Shown here in pieces: positions 18,248-28,227 of a stretch of 64,000 nucleotides of DNA. Source of the DNA: an uncultured Candidatus Saccharibacteria bacterium (GTDB taxonomy: Bacteria > Patescibacteriota > Saccharimonadia > Saccharimonadales > Saccharimonadaceae); contig CAMIMA010000001.1 of the NCBI GenBank assembly GCA_946222675.1, positions 29,807 through 93,806 on the forward strand. Reading direction: 5' to 3'. The notes under the pieces are model-generated. The model was not told where the DNA came from and did not search any database. It worked only from the letters and a program-made list of their open reading frames with translations. Both the position numbers and the translations under genes were made by a program. Position 1 is the stretch's first letter; each line of letters begins with the position of its first letter.

Positions 18248-20488
18248 CTACTTATTCATTACTAGGTATGAGTAAAAGCTCACTGGCTTTTCGTTCTTTG
18301 CCTGACGCGCGGCATTGAACTGGTTAAACGCCTCAACACGCTGCTTGAGGTCATCTAGACTCTGCGCTTGCTCGGTCTCAGTAGCATGCTTGCCGTTCGC
18401 GACGTGATCATGACTCTGGTCATACTCAGCCGCCGCCATCTGGAAGACCATCTTCTGACCTTCTGGAGTCAACCGTACTGGTAACTGATTACCATTCTCG
18501 TCAGTGCGCGTGTCAAGCAACCCATAAAGGTCGCCAAACTGCTGCTGCATGTCCTCATTCGACACTGCATGGCCACTCTCCACACCCTTCTGGAAGCGCC
18601 AATCATTGATACTCTGCTGGAAACTGTCAATACTATCAAACGCACTATCAAACACCGCCTGCTCGCGCTCCATCTTCTGATCAAGCTCGTTATAAGCAGC
18701 TTCATGGTTAACCGCAAACTCCTGCGTTTCAGTGTTGTCGGCAGCATTGTCGGCGCCGGACTCAGCGCGGCGCGGCTCACGGTCATTGCCACCGCTCATG
18801 TACCAGCGTGCAAGCTTTGGATCAACCTTGCTCCAATCCATCTTATTGGCTCCTTGAGCGCAAAGCAAAGAATCCATATCCTTTCGCGTACTCTCAACAA
18901 ACTGCGTGGCATCCTCCTTAAAGCGCTTCATGTCATCGTCGCTTAACTCTACGCCGGCCTCCTTTAGCTCAGCCAAGGCGTCAGCCTCATTTAGCTTGCC
19001 ATCCTTATCGGTATTATTGCGAAACACAGAATCCATTCGATCTAGCCGCTGATATGCTTCATGCTGAGGGTTCTTCGGATCAGCCACTTCAGCTCGCCCC
19101 AATTCACGCAATTGCTTTGTTAGGTCAGCGCGCTGATTTCGCTCAATGTTATGACGAAGTCGCTCAGCCATACTGCTAATCTGCTCCTGTGTTAGCATAG
19201 CGTCCGCGACTTTTTCGCCCGCCATGGCTCGATTAATTAACGAGCGATTATATGAGTCAATGAGACCATTAAATTGCGCCTCAGTAATATTACCCGCATC
19301 AATTGCTTTATTAATTGGATCTAGGTCGCCAGATTGCGTTTCTTTCGCGGCCTCTGGCTTATTGCCACCTGCTTCAGGCTGAGCAGATTGCTCAGCATTG
19401 TCTGGCGTTTCAGTTGATGATTCAGTCGTAGATTCGCCACCATTGCTAGAGTTACCCCAAACATCCGGCGCACCATTAGCAATTGGCTTAAAGTTCTGCT
19501 GGTGATTTGCATTTTGACGAGCATAACTCATCTCCTTTATCATGGCGTTATACATAATACGCTGCAAATCTTCAGACGATAGCCGCAACTGGTCAACATC
19601 CAAGCCCTTACTGGCGTAACCTGTCACCATTTGATTGTAAGCCTCGATTGCTTGGCTCGCGCTAGTAACGTCATAAGTGGTAACTGCTGTCATGATCATC
19701 TCATGGGCACCACGCAGCTGTTCCATACCAGCCTTGCGCTCCTCTGGAGACAATGGAGTGTCCTTTTCTTTGGTCGACTCCGACTCAGCATCATTACCAG
19801 CCTCATTTCCCTTAGCGGAACTTTCGACGTCATTATCAGCATTCTCCGCTTTGGAAGTCTCAGACTCGGTAGCTTCTGGCTTGAATTCTGGTTCAGAATC
19901 AAAATCCGCATGCGGAATGTCACCCTCCGGCTGGAGCTTCAAGTCAGGCACCTTAAGATCTGGTACCTTAAAGCGATTAGGGTTATCGACCTCAACATCA
20001 GCGTCCGCCGAAGCCGGCTTAGAGCCACTAATATCCGGATCATCTTCTGATTTAGCCTCTTTTGCTTCATTGGCACGCTCCATTGACTTGGCTATACCCT
20101 TTGCTTCATCAATATCAGCCTCGCCGCGCGCATAACGGCGGAAGAAGTCCTCAGCCTCTGGCGGCAGCTTAACCTCCGGCTTGTCGTCAGTTGTAGCCTC
20201 ACCCTGCTCCTTGGATTCAGATTTTTTGTTAAAACGGCGGTCGCACCAGCTGGAGACACGGTCTTTTACATACCGCGCTGGGCGCGCCATCTTCTCGCCG
20301 ATAGCATGCATGGTGTTGTGTATGGCCTTGCCGGTGTTGTGCATAGCATTACCAATAGCCACCTTGGCCATGACAAGCTTGTTTTTTAGAGAATTCTTTT
20401 CTTTGCTCTGTTCTTGCTCTGCATTCATAAACTTCTCCCCTGCGCGGCGGCGGTCATCGGAGTAATAAGCCTTACCTTCTGGACTCAT
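18248..20488 (-). CDS. Large acidic low-complexity protein (746 aa) with no TM segment; function unknown.
   Basis: It is a long ORF with a D/E/K/N-rich composition. Its start overlaps the stop of the downstream small ORF (ATGA at 20485-20488), indicating an operon. Confidence 0.5.
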   Translation of the reverse strand: MSPEGKAYYSDDRRRAGEKFMNAEQEQSKEKNSLKNKLVMAKVAIGNAMHNTGKAIHNTMHAIGEKMARPARYVKDRVSSWCDRRFNKKSESKEQGEATTDDKPEVKLPPEAEDFFRRYARGEADIDEAKGIAKSMERANEAKEAKSEDDPDISGSKPASADADVEVDNPNRFKVPDLKVPDLKLQPEGDIPHADFDSEPEFKPEATESETSKAENADNDVESSAKGNEAGNDAESESTKEKDTPLSPEERKAGMEQLRGAHEMIMTAVTTYDVTSASQAIEAYNQMVTGYASKGLDVDQLRLSSEDLQRIMYNAMIKEMSYARQNANHQQNFKPIANGAPDVWGNSSNGGESTTESSTETPDNAEQSAQPEAGGNKPEAAKETQSGDLDPINKAIDAGNITEAQFNGLIDSYNRSLINRAMAGEKVADAMLTQEQISSMAERLRHNIERNQRADLTKQLRELGRAEVADPKNPQHEAYQRLDRMDSVFRNNTDKDGKLNEADALAELKEAGVELSDDDMKRFKEDATQFVESTRKDMDSLLCAQGANKMDWSKVDPKLARWYMSGGNDREPRRAESGADNAADNTETQEFAVNHEAAYNELDQKMEREQAVFDSAFDSIDSFQQSINDWRFQKGVESGHAVSNEDMQQQFGDLYGLLDTRTDENGNQLPVRLTPEGQKMVFQMAAAEYDQSHDHVANGKHATETEQAQSLDDLKQRVEAFNQFNAARQAKNEKPVSFYSYLVMNK

Positions 20489-20805
20489 GCTGCCACCTTG
20501 GCCACACTAGCCTGATAATCTTCTTTAAAGCGCGTCATCGCCCGCGACTGAATAGCGTCAATGTCAATGCCAATTTCTTGGATATAGCCAGCGATTTCTT
20601 CGTCTGAGTCGTGCCCCGACTCAACCATCTGCATCAAGTGCTTCAGCTGGTCGTCGCTAATAGCCTCGTAAATGTCGTTATCTACCATACTGGCGACCTT
20701 AGTTGATATTTCTACCTCTGTTTTCTGCCGCTCTTTATCCGCTAGCCCTGGGTGATATTCCTGTACTAACTGGTGAGCAAAGCGCGCGATTGTCTCCAAA
20801 TCCAT
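20485..20805 (-). CDS. Small acidic hypothetical protein (106 aa), co-transcribed with the 746 aa acidic protein.
   Basis: The ORF has a 4 nt overlap with the gene downstream. Confidence 0.45.
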   Translation of the reverse strand: MDLETIARFAHQLVQEYHPGLADKERQKTEVEISTKVASMVDNDIYEAISDDQLKHLMQMVESGHDSDEEIAGYIQEIGIDIDAIQSRAMTRFKEDYQASVAKVAA

Positions 20806-20888
20806 GCAACTTCCTTTTGATTTATTATAGCTTACGTTTATATTTTAGCAGACTAGGCGCGGCGGCGCAATAGCTATATAATTGAACT

Positions 20889-21338
20889 ATGATAACTATG
20901 GAGCGGCTCGTACAACAACTGCGTCAAGACTACCCCGACCTCACCTTTACAGCGGGTGAACGGGCGCGCTGGGTGGCAAGCGAGCGGCGAATTTACTACA
21001 CGACGGCCGCCGACGAGCTGATGCACGAGCTCGGCCACGCCCTGCTTCACCACAGTAATTATCGCCAAGACGTTGACCTCGTGAAAATCGAACGCGCAGC
21101 GTGGAATAAGGCTCTGGCGCTCGCACCCCACTACGGCGTGAAGCTCGACCCCTGTCACATTGAACGCATCCTTGACGACTACCGCGAATGGCTCTACCAG
21201 CGGTCACGCTGCCCCGACTGCAGCCAAACGGGCTTACAGTCGCGCACCACGCTAGCCTATCACTGCCTCAACTGCGGCGCCCGCTGGCGCGCCAATGACG
21301 CCCGCGACTGCGCCTTGCGCCGCCGGCACATCGAGTAA
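20889..21338 (+). CDS. ImmA/IrrE-family (DUF955-like) zinc metallopeptidase with a C-terminal CxxC...CxxC zinc ribbon.
   Basis: HELGHALLHH is an HExxH motif. The C-terminus has CPDC...CLNC. Confidence 0.55.
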   Translation: MITMERLVQQLRQDYPDLTFTAGERARWVASERRIYYTTAADELMHELGHALLHHSNYRQDVDLVKIERAAWNKALALAPHYGVKLDPCHIERILDDYREWLYQRSRCPDCSQTGLQSRTTLAYHCLNCGARWRANDARDCALRRRHIE

Positions 21339-21446
21339 ACGCTACTAGACAAATACCCCGCCAGCTCAGCCGACGCAGCAAAACAAACCCAACTAAAAAG
21401 CTCCCCATCCAAGGGGAGCAAGTTGAACCCAGAGCGGCCAGTAGCT

Positions 21447-21695
21447 CTAGGCGTTAATAACGACAATTGAGTCTTTACTTTGGTCGTCTACTGGAATTGC
21501 GCGCTTTGCTGGCCCGCGCCGACTAATCCGACCGCCCTTAGCACCTGCTGCGCGAGCGAGTTCTGGGTTGGCGGCAAAACCACCAGTAGTACCGTTCTGG
21601 CCACCTTTGCGACCAATCCGAGCGTAAAAATCTGCACCATGCAAGCGACGATTCGTCTCAGCCGCCTTGCGTGCACCTTCTTTTGTACCTGCCAT
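21447..21695 (-). CDS. KGG-repeat general stress protein (YciG/GsiB-like).
   Basis: Repeated KGG-type segments (GRKGGQNGTTGG; GAKGGRISRRG) in an 82 aa basic protein. Confidence 0.6.
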   Translation of the reverse strand: MAGTKEGARKAAETNRRLHGADFYARIGRKGGQNGTTGGFAANPELARAAGAKGGRISRRGPAKRAIPVDDQSKDSIVVINA

Positions 21696-21988
21696 TTGAT
21701 AAATCCTTTCGTTAAAATAAGGGCTATCGCCCTAGTTGCCTAGGTAGCGATAACCCTCTGCTATCTCACACTTCCCGTGTATGCTTATATATTAGCATAT
21801 ACTTAATATATTGTCAAGTAGTTTGCGCTTAATTTTTTAATTTGTCAAATAAAGCCCATAGAGGACAACAGTGGCAACAGATAAACCCACTTCTAACAGA
21901 GGTCACTAAACCATAACGGCACAAAACCAAAACCGCCACCCCATAATGGAGTAGCGGACAGTGTTTGCAAAGTTAGTTGTAGGCTAAA

Positions 21989-23260
21989 CTAGAACTCGTA
22001 GCCGGTGTTAGGTGCACCGTACTTACCATGCTTCTGGTCACCCTCTGGCTTTTGCTGGTTAGAGCCGGTTGGCTCGGTCGGCTTTAATTCATCTGAGTCA
22101 GCTGTATTTGGGTTGGCTGGATTAGCTGGTTCAGTCGGATTATCGCCCTGCTTGCTTGGATTAGTTTGGTCAGCTGGATTGGCTGGATTAGCTGGCTCGA
22201 CTGGATTGGCTCCCTGACCATTTGGATCTGGATTTGGCGCTGGAGCTGGGGCTGGCGTGGTATCCTTAGGTAACGCATTGCGCACCTTAGCGACCAGTTG
22301 CTCAAAAGTTGAGGTCTTGTCGGCACGAACATCAGCAGCAACCTTGGTTAGCTTCTTGCCCTCAGCAAACTTCGCTAAGCTCTCCTTAGCGGCAGCATAC
22401 GCCTCGTCAGCCTGTGTTGCAGCCGCACGGTCGGCGCTAAGCTGCTTTTCTGCCTGATTCGCCGCCTCGTTGCTCGTCTGGTACGCCTTGCTAGAAGCTT
22501 CTGCCTTGACTTTAGCCTCATTCGCGGTCTGCTCGGCAGCGTTTGATTCCTTGGCAGAATTAGCAGCCTTCGTCTTTGCATCATTATATGCGTTCTCAAG
22601 ACCCTTTATGGCTTGGTAGTCATCCATTAAGCCCATGATTGAGGTCTTTATGCTGTCTTTAGTAGCATCATCATTTAGCAGATCGCAGAATTTGTTAACC
22701 GCAGCACTAAACGACAACTCCTTACCGTTGTCGTCTAACTCCTTCACGTAATTATCCCAAACGTCGGCCTTGTCGGCCTTCACTTTGTTGTCCTTCTTAA
22801 CATTGTTAAGAGTGCCCTTGAGATCTTTACGCTTCTCTTTAGGTATGTTCTTCTTAAGAGCAGCGTTGCGCGTATCTTCATACTGCTTCTTAGCTTCATG
22901 CTCAGTTTTAGCATCATTATCTGCGTTAGTCTTGGCAGCCTTCGCCTTCTCGTCTGCGTCATTCTTAGCAGCAGCATCAGTCTGCTGAGTCTGCTTCTTC
23001 GCCTCCGCCTCTTGGCGCTTGGTCTGAGCATCTTTGGTAGAAGTCTCCACTTTAGCCGCAGCAGCCTGCGCCTTAGCGTAGGCTTCCTTACCGGTAGCCT
23101 CAATGGAGTCTAAATCGTCTTTATTTCCTACTACTGGCGTATTGCCGTCCGTAGCCTTTACCAACAGGGACATTGGCAAGATTGCCGTAGCACCCAAAGC
23201 TAATGTACCCAATGCAACCATGCCGGTTGATACTAGGCGTAGATATTTGCGCTTAGTCAT
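21989..23260 (-). CDS. Secreted surface protein of family A (paralog of 2322..3863) with C-terminal ...HGKYGAPNTGYEF.
   Basis: The signal peptide is MTKRKYLRLVSTGMVALGTLALG. The C-terminal 100 aa and the 3' flank match the 2322 gene almost identically at the DNA level; the central region differs. Confidence 0.75.
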   Translation of the reverse strand: MTKRKYLRLVSTGMVALGTLALGATAILPMSLLVKATDGNTPVVGNKDDLDSIEATGKEAYAKAQAAAAKVETSTKDAQTKRQEAEAKKQTQQTDAAAKNDADEKAKAAKTNADNDAKTEHEAKKQYEDTRNAALKKNIPKEKRKDLKGTLNNVKKDNKVKADKADVWDNYVKELDDNGKELSFSAAVNKFCDLLNDDATKDSIKTSIMGLMDDYQAIKGLENAYNDAKTKAANSAKESNAAEQTANEAKVKAEASSKAYQTSNEAANQAEKQLSADRAAATQADEAYAAAKESLAKFAEGKKLTKVAADVRADKTSTFEQLVAKVRNALPKDTTPAPAPAPNPDPNGQGANPVEPANPANPADQTNPSKQGDNPTEPANPANPNTADSDELKPTEPTGSNQQKPEGDQKHGKYGAPNTGYEF

Positions 23261-23506
23261 TTCATCCTTTCTTAATTAAATACTCTTCTATTATAACTTA
23301 TGGCTAATTAATTTCACAATACTTTTTGGGATAATTGCCGCCAAATGGTAAGAGCCAGAGCTACTCCATGTAGCCGTGTAGTCGCCAAACAACGCATATA
23401 TAGGGTAATTATAAGATTTGGAGCAATAAAACTAAAACCGTCACCCCGCATGGGAGTGACGGTCACACCAGCTGCTACTAGCGTAAGTAATTATATTCTA
23501 GCAAAA

Positions 23507-24271
23507 CTAGAATTCGTAACCGGTGTTAGGAGCACCAAACTTGTGGTGATTCTTGCGAGTCTTAGATTCCTTGGTTGACTTAGACTCTTTATTGGTCTTA
23601 GTCTCCTTGTTAGTCTTGACGTCCTTGTTTTCCTTGGTTTCCTTGGATTCCTTGTTAGGCTTAGCTTCATTAGCATTACCGCCAAGATCTTCAAGCTTAG
23701 TCTCAGGAAGACCCTTGCCCTTTTCAGCTGCATTTAGCATTGCAACTAGCGCATCAGCACTTGCATTGCTCTTGCGGATTTGCTTAGCTAAGAAGCCAAA
23801 ACCTTCCTTCTCGGCACGCTTAGCTAGAGCTTCCTTTAGTTCAGGTGACTTCAATGCTGCTTCGTAGGCGGCCTTAGCGTTGTTGTATGCAGTTTGTACC
23901 AACTTTGAAGTATTACGTTCAAACTTAGGGTCAAGCTTAGCTACCTTATCATAGTTAGCCTTAGCTGCATCATAAGCATTCTTCAAATCCTTTAGGGTTA
24001 CAGTCTTAAAGGCATTAACCTTAGCAGGAGTCAAACCCAAAAGATTCTCATAGCCGCGAAGGGCATCAAGAGCCTTATCGTAATCCTTCTTAGTCTTGGC
24101 TTCATTAACAGCCTTAACATACTTATCTACGCTAACCTGCTCCTTAGCATTTGGAGTGTGAGCAGCATTAGCGGCGCTAGCTACTGGTAGAACAGTAACC
24201 AAACCTAGAGCTAGAGTACCGAAAGCTACGACACCTGCAGATACAACGTTTAAGTAATTGCGCTTACTCAT
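23507..24271 (-). CDS. Secreted surface protein of family A (short paralog), Lys-rich, with C-terminal ...HHKFGAPNTGYEF.
   Basis: The signal peptide is MSKRNYLNVVSAGVVAFGTLALG. The C-terminus carries KETK/NKE repeats followed by the conserved terminal octapeptide. Confidence 0.7.
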   Translation of the reverse strand: MSKRNYLNVVSAGVVAFGTLALGLVTVLPVASAANAAHTPNAKEQVSVDKYVKAVNEAKTKKDYDKALDALRGYENLLGLTPAKVNAFKTVTLKDLKNAYDAAKANYDKVAKLDPKFERNTSKLVQTAYNNAKAAYEAALKSPELKEALAKRAEKEGFGFLAKQIRKSNASADALVAMLNAAEKGKGLPETKLEDLGGNANEAKPNKESKETKENKDVKTNKETKTNKESKSTKESKTRKNHHKFGAPNTGYEF

Positions 24272-24564
24272 TTGTTTAATCCTTTCATTAGATTAGTTAG
24301 TTAACATTTGTGCGCACAATAGAATATTTATTATGCAGCAGCTGGTGTGATGATTGTGCCTGACTGAATGTAATTCATCAAACCTCCATTCATTACACTT
24401 ACGTATAGTGTATCCTATTTCCCGCTTTTTTGCAACACTTTTATTAAGCTTATGTAAAAATTACAATGCCAACTCAAAACCCCGCACTATGGCGGGGTTT
24501 ACAGAGGTGGCCAGCCGACGCGTTACTGACCGGTCAGCCGAGTGTACTTTATATTATAGTGAAT

Positions 24565-25449
24565 TTACTTTTGCTTCTTGCTTAGCAAGTGACGTGCATA
24601 AACCTTGCGGGTTGTAATGGCGATAGCACCAGCAGCAACGAGGGCGACTACTAGAGCAATGGTCGACTTACTGTAAGCCTGACCATTAATCATAAAGTAG
24701 CCAGTGTTTGGGCTGCGGAAGCCGCGGCGACCGTGGCGACGATGGTTCTTGCGGTGATCATTGCCTTGGTGGCTGTGATTACCTTGACCGTTTTCATCAT
24801 TTTTACCATTCTGGTCATTACCACTGTTCTGGTTATTCTGACCGTTCTGACCACCCTGATTCTGACTACCATTATGGTCCTTGTCGTTATCCTTGTCGTT
24901 GTCACTGTCGTACTCATGACTGTAGTCATTATAGTCTGGGATCACTGATGGGATAACGGCCGTCCAGTTGACGGTAATCTTGGTCGTAGCGTTGACGTCG
25001 TTACCCTGTTTATCCTTGCCCTTGGCAATGAGCTCAACAGCGTGCTTACCGACACCAAGCTCAGCTGGTAGGTCAAACTCAATCTCGGTATCTTTGCCAG
25101 CTGCGAGCTTACCTTGCTTGACTGACTTGCCATCAATCTTCATCTCGTAATCAACATCGACGTCTGCAGTGACGGTTAGATTATTGCGCTGGTTCTTGGT
25201 CTCGCCAGCGTTGTTGTCTTGTGTCCAAGAGAAAATGCCTTGGTTGTCTTTGCCGAGCTTCTTACCGTTAAAGCTGGTCACGCGTAGCTTGACTGCATTC
25301 TCCACCTTAAGTTTGACGGTCTGCGTTACAGCATTAGCATCGGTAGCACGCACAACTGACATTGGCAACACTGCAGTGAGGCCGATGGCGAGCGTCCCGA
25401 GGGCAATTACGCCCACTGAGATACTCTTTAGGTAATTACGTTTAGTCAT
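24565..25449 (-). CDS. Small surface protein with an LPXTG-like sortase sorting signal (SPNTG, then a hydrophobic segment and a KKQK tail); CscD-like.
   Basis: It has the family-A-like signal MTKRNYLKSISVGVIALGTLAIG. The C-terminus reads ...RSPNTGYFMINGQAYSKSTIALVVALVAAGAIAITTRKVYARHLLSKKQK and the central region is N/Q/G/D-rich and of low complexity. Confidence 0.65.
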   Translation of the reverse strand: MTKRNYLKSISVGVIALGTLAIGLTAVLPMSVVRATDANAVTQTVKLKVENAVKLRVTSFNGKKLGKDNQGIFSWTQDNNAGETKNQRNNLTVTADVDVDYEMKIDGKSVKQGKLAAGKDTEIEFDLPAELGVGKHAVELIAKGKDKQGNDVNATTKITVNWTAVIPSVIPDYNDYSHEYDSDNDKDNDKDHNGSQNQGGQNGQNNQNSGNDQNGKNDENGQGNHSHQGNDHRKNHRRHGRRGFRSPNTGYFMINGQAYSKSTIALVVALVAAGAIAITTRKVYARHLLSKKQK

Positions 25450-26451
25450 TTATTTATCTCCTTTACGGCTGGTAGCCTTATGTGATTTAGCTGACTTATT
25501 GTTGCGCTTGCGAGCGTCCATAATGCCCTTCACGTTAATAGCGGTAAAGACTGCAATTAGCAAGATACCAATGATAGCAAGTACAAAAATCCAAATTGGC
25601 ACTGAGACTACGACCTTTTCGATAGAATGGTCACGACCGTTAACGCTCACCTTCTGCTTTACTTTGTAGATACCAGTGCGCATTTGCGTCCAAGTCATGT
25701 CGAAGTCACGGCTGGTCTCTGGATAAACGCTAGCCTGCTGTTGTTCGCCTTGGAACTCAAGGCGGTTGTCAAGCCATGAGTGGACTTCCATAGAGTAGTT
25801 GACAGCGGCGGCAACGTTACCTTCGTTCTTAATGGTAAATGAAGACTTGAGTGGAGCCTGTGGCTGGTAGCCTGGGATAGACTGCTTCTCAATAGTGTTG
25901 CGGTCAACAGTCTTGCCACCCTTCATGCTGGCGGAAATCACCATACCAACGCGGGCGCTTGACTTCACACTAGTGGTCGCGCTCTTGTCTTGTGTTGGCA
26001 AGACAGTTGAGGCAAACAAAGTAGCATACTGCGTGCCGGCTGGCGGGTTGTCTGGCACCTTAATTGTGTAGTTGACCACGGCGGTCTTGCCTGCTGGGAT
26101 GCCGTGAAGCTCGGCCTTGTCGACAGAGATCCAGTCCTTCATCAAACTATACTTACCAACCTTGTCGTAGTTTGGTGCTGAGTAGTTGTTGTTGACAATG
26201 GTATAAGAACCAGAGCCAATCTTGAAGTCCATCGGGATGGTTGAGGTATTCTTCACCGTCATTTGACCCTTATAGACCTGCTTTGGCGCCAACTCGATTG
26301 AGTTCGTCGCCGGTGAAATCATCAAGCCAGTGGTTGGCTTGACATCCTTTTTATTTGCGGCCGACACCACACCAGTGGTAATCATTGCCAACGCCAGCAC
26401 TGCCGCCGAAACGGTAAGTGCGTGGTGTTTAATTTTATGTAGTAACGTCAT
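25450..26451 (-). CDS. Cell-surface protein with an N-terminal signal peptide, Ig-like central region and a C-terminal TM anchor with a basic tail; a DUF916/DUF3324 (CscA)-like architecture.
   Basis: 333 aa. The signal is ...VVSAANK and the C-terminus is IWIFVLAIIGILLIAVFTAINVKGIMDARKRNNKSAK. Its stop overlaps the start of the 24565 gene, indicating an operon. Confidence 0.5.
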   Translation of the reverse strand: MTLLHKIKHHALTVSAAVLALAMITTGVVSAANKKDVKPTTGLMISPATNSIELAPKQVYKGQMTVKNTSTIPMDFKIGSGSYTIVNNNYSAPNYDKVGKYSLMKDWISVDKAELHGIPAGKTAVVNYTIKVPDNPPAGTQYATLFASTVLPTQDKSATTSVKSSARVGMVISASMKGGKTVDRNTIEKQSIPGYQPQAPLKSSFTIKNEGNVAAAVNYSMEVHSWLDNRLEFQGEQQQASVYPETSRDFDMTWTQMRTGIYKVKQKVSVNGRDHSIEKVVVSVPIWIFVLAIIGILLIAVFTAINVKGIMDARKRNNKSAKSHKATSRKGDK

Positions 26452-26607
26452 TAAACCTCCTTTACCTCCATTACACTTATGTATATTATATCACACAAGT
26501 AACGTAATAATGCAATAGTTTTACTCGACTCTACACGTCTATAAAACCAAAATCCCCGCCAAAGGCGGGGTATATACGTTAGTCTATGCTATTAACGTTG
26601 CGCTACA

Positions 26608-27228
26608 TTAATCGGCAGCAACCGTGTAGACAACTTCATCGGTATAAGTACCAGGGGCAACAGTAGCGTCCTTCTTGAAGTTGAACTTAGTCTCAGCCTT
26701 AGCGCGGTCAAGAGTCTTGAGATCTTCCTTCTTGGCTTCTACTAGAACGATTGGAGTATCGCTCTTCTTTGGCATTGCGAAAGCCTTTTCAGTAGTCTGA
26801 CCAGCCTTAGTGACCTTAACAAGAGCGTTCCAACCCTTAGAGGCAGCATTAGTATCAGCAACTGTTGGGATACCATCGGCAGCTGGATCGGCAGTCTTAA
26901 GGTCGGTGTCTTCGTCGGCATCAGTTAAAGTGATGCGACCTGGAACGTTACCCTTGTATGTTACATGCAAACCATTTCCCTGTGCAGTGTCATGCTTGTC
27001 GTCAGTGTTGCCGGTAGCATCATTCTTAGCCTTGCCGTTTTCAACTTCACCTTGGCCAAAGGTGTTGATATCAACACCGACTTCCTTAGCTACGACTAAC
27101 TTCACGGTCTGAGTTACAGTGTTAGCCTGAGTTTCTGCGTTGGCTACTGGAGCCAACACGGTTACGCCAACCAAGCCAAGCGCCATAGTACCCATGGCGA
27201 GGAATGGCATAGCTTTGACAATTTTCAT
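26608..27228 (-). CDS. WxL-like small secreted protein, paralog 1 of 4 in a tandem array.
   Basis: It begins MKIVKAMPFLAMGTMALGLVGVTVLAPVANA (AxA cleavage site), has a central GW(N/S) motif and ends ...GTYTDEVVYTVAAD, which resembles the distal WxL motif (G.Y....W.L) with W replaced by Y. Confidence 0.5.
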   Translation of the reverse strand: MKIVKAMPFLAMGTMALGLVGVTVLAPVANAETQANTVTQTVKLVVAKEVGVDINTFGQGEVENGKAKNDATGNTDDKHDTAQGNGLHVTYKGNVPGRITLTDADEDTDLKTADPAADGIPTVADTNAASKGWNALVKVTKAGQTTEKAFAMPKKSDTPIVLVEAKKEDLKTLDRAKAETKFNFKKDATVAPGTYTDEVVYTVAAD

Positions 27229-27254
27229 TTGTCCTCCTTTAAGTTATTTATTTA

Positions 27255-27270
27255 TTAGTGTCTCCACTAA
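27255..27270. promoter_or_regulatory. Perfect palindrome TTAGTGtctcCACTAA just downstream of the TGTTATAAT -10 box of the 26608 gene; candidate operator.
   Basis: The same 16 nt palindrome recurs at 28819-28834 and 29680-29695, upstream of paralogs 3 and 4. Confidence 0.5.
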
Positions 27271-27461
27271 TTAAACTAATTATATCAGTTAATTTGCGTA
27301 AGCGCAATAGAATTATGGCTAATTTCACCATTTTTCTAGTAATTTTTACCACGGGTTCCGCCCTGCTTTGTGGGATTTAATATTCAGGACATCTAACGCG
27401 ATATACAAAAAGCCAGCCCACTTTATGGGGCTGGCTAAATGAGCTAATTAGCTACTATAAA

Positions 27462-28022
27462 CTAGTTATTTTCGCCACTAGCAGCTGGGGCTGGGTTAGC
27501 AACCAACGAATACTCTACAACGTCTGAATACTCACCAGCTTGGATGGTGCTGTCAGTGTTGAAGTTGAAGTGAGCCTTTGCAGTAACATCACCGGTCTTT
27601 GCTGTTTCCTCAATTACAACAGCAGTAGTGCCCGTGGCTGGTATAGCATGCTTGTTGCCATCCTTACCAGTAACATTCCAACCTGGGTTAGAAGTGATAT
27701 CAGCTAAAGTCTTGATTTCAGCTTTAGACTTATCGCCATCTAGGCGCAAACTGGTATCGTCGTCTTTGTCGGTCAAAGTTAGCTTAAAACCATTAGCTGA
27801 GTTACACTTGACCTTGAACTGCGACTCGGCATTCTTGCCATCGTTGCTCTTTACTTCGTCCAAAACCGACTTCTCTAGACCCAACTCAGAAGCGACATTC
27901 ACTGACACCTTCTGGGTGGCAGTTGAATTAGCGTTCGCTACTGGAGCTAGAAATGTTGCACCAACCAAGCCAAGTGCCATGGTGCCCATGGCTAGGAATG
28001 GTGTAGCTTTGATAGTTTTCAT
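27462..28022 (-). CDS. WxL-like small secreted protein, paralog 2.
   Basis: It begins MKTIKATPFLAMGTMALGLVGATFLAPVANA and ends ...GEYSDVVEYSLVANP. Confidence 0.5.
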   Translation of the reverse strand: MKTIKATPFLAMGTMALGLVGATFLAPVANANSTATQKVSVNVASELGLEKSVLDEVKSNDGKNAESQFKVKCNSANGFKLTLTDKDDDTSLRLDGDKSKAEIKTLADITSNPGWNVTGKDGNKHAIPATGTTAVVIEETAKTGDVTAKAHFNFNTDSTIQAGEYSDVVEYSLVANPAPAASGENN

Positions 28023-28227
28023 TTTCCCTCCTACTTACTTTAATATTAGTACATTTACTAACTACTTTAGTATAACAGGTATTCGCTTATAAGCGCAAGT
28101 GCTTTGGCGCTGCGCTCGCCACTACTACCACATTTAATTCACTGGTAAATTTTACTACGTCACAACCCTAGACAAAAGCAGCCTAGATGAGCCGAGGCTG
28201 CCTTTGACCTATTATTAGCTAAACAAA

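Noticed and set aside
24690-25150. Several 60-88 aa ORFs on both strands (24690..24929, 24708..24956, 24733..24948, 24942..25136, 24968..25150).
   Set aside because: They fall within the low-complexity N/Q/G-rich region of the 24565 gene and are frame artefacts.
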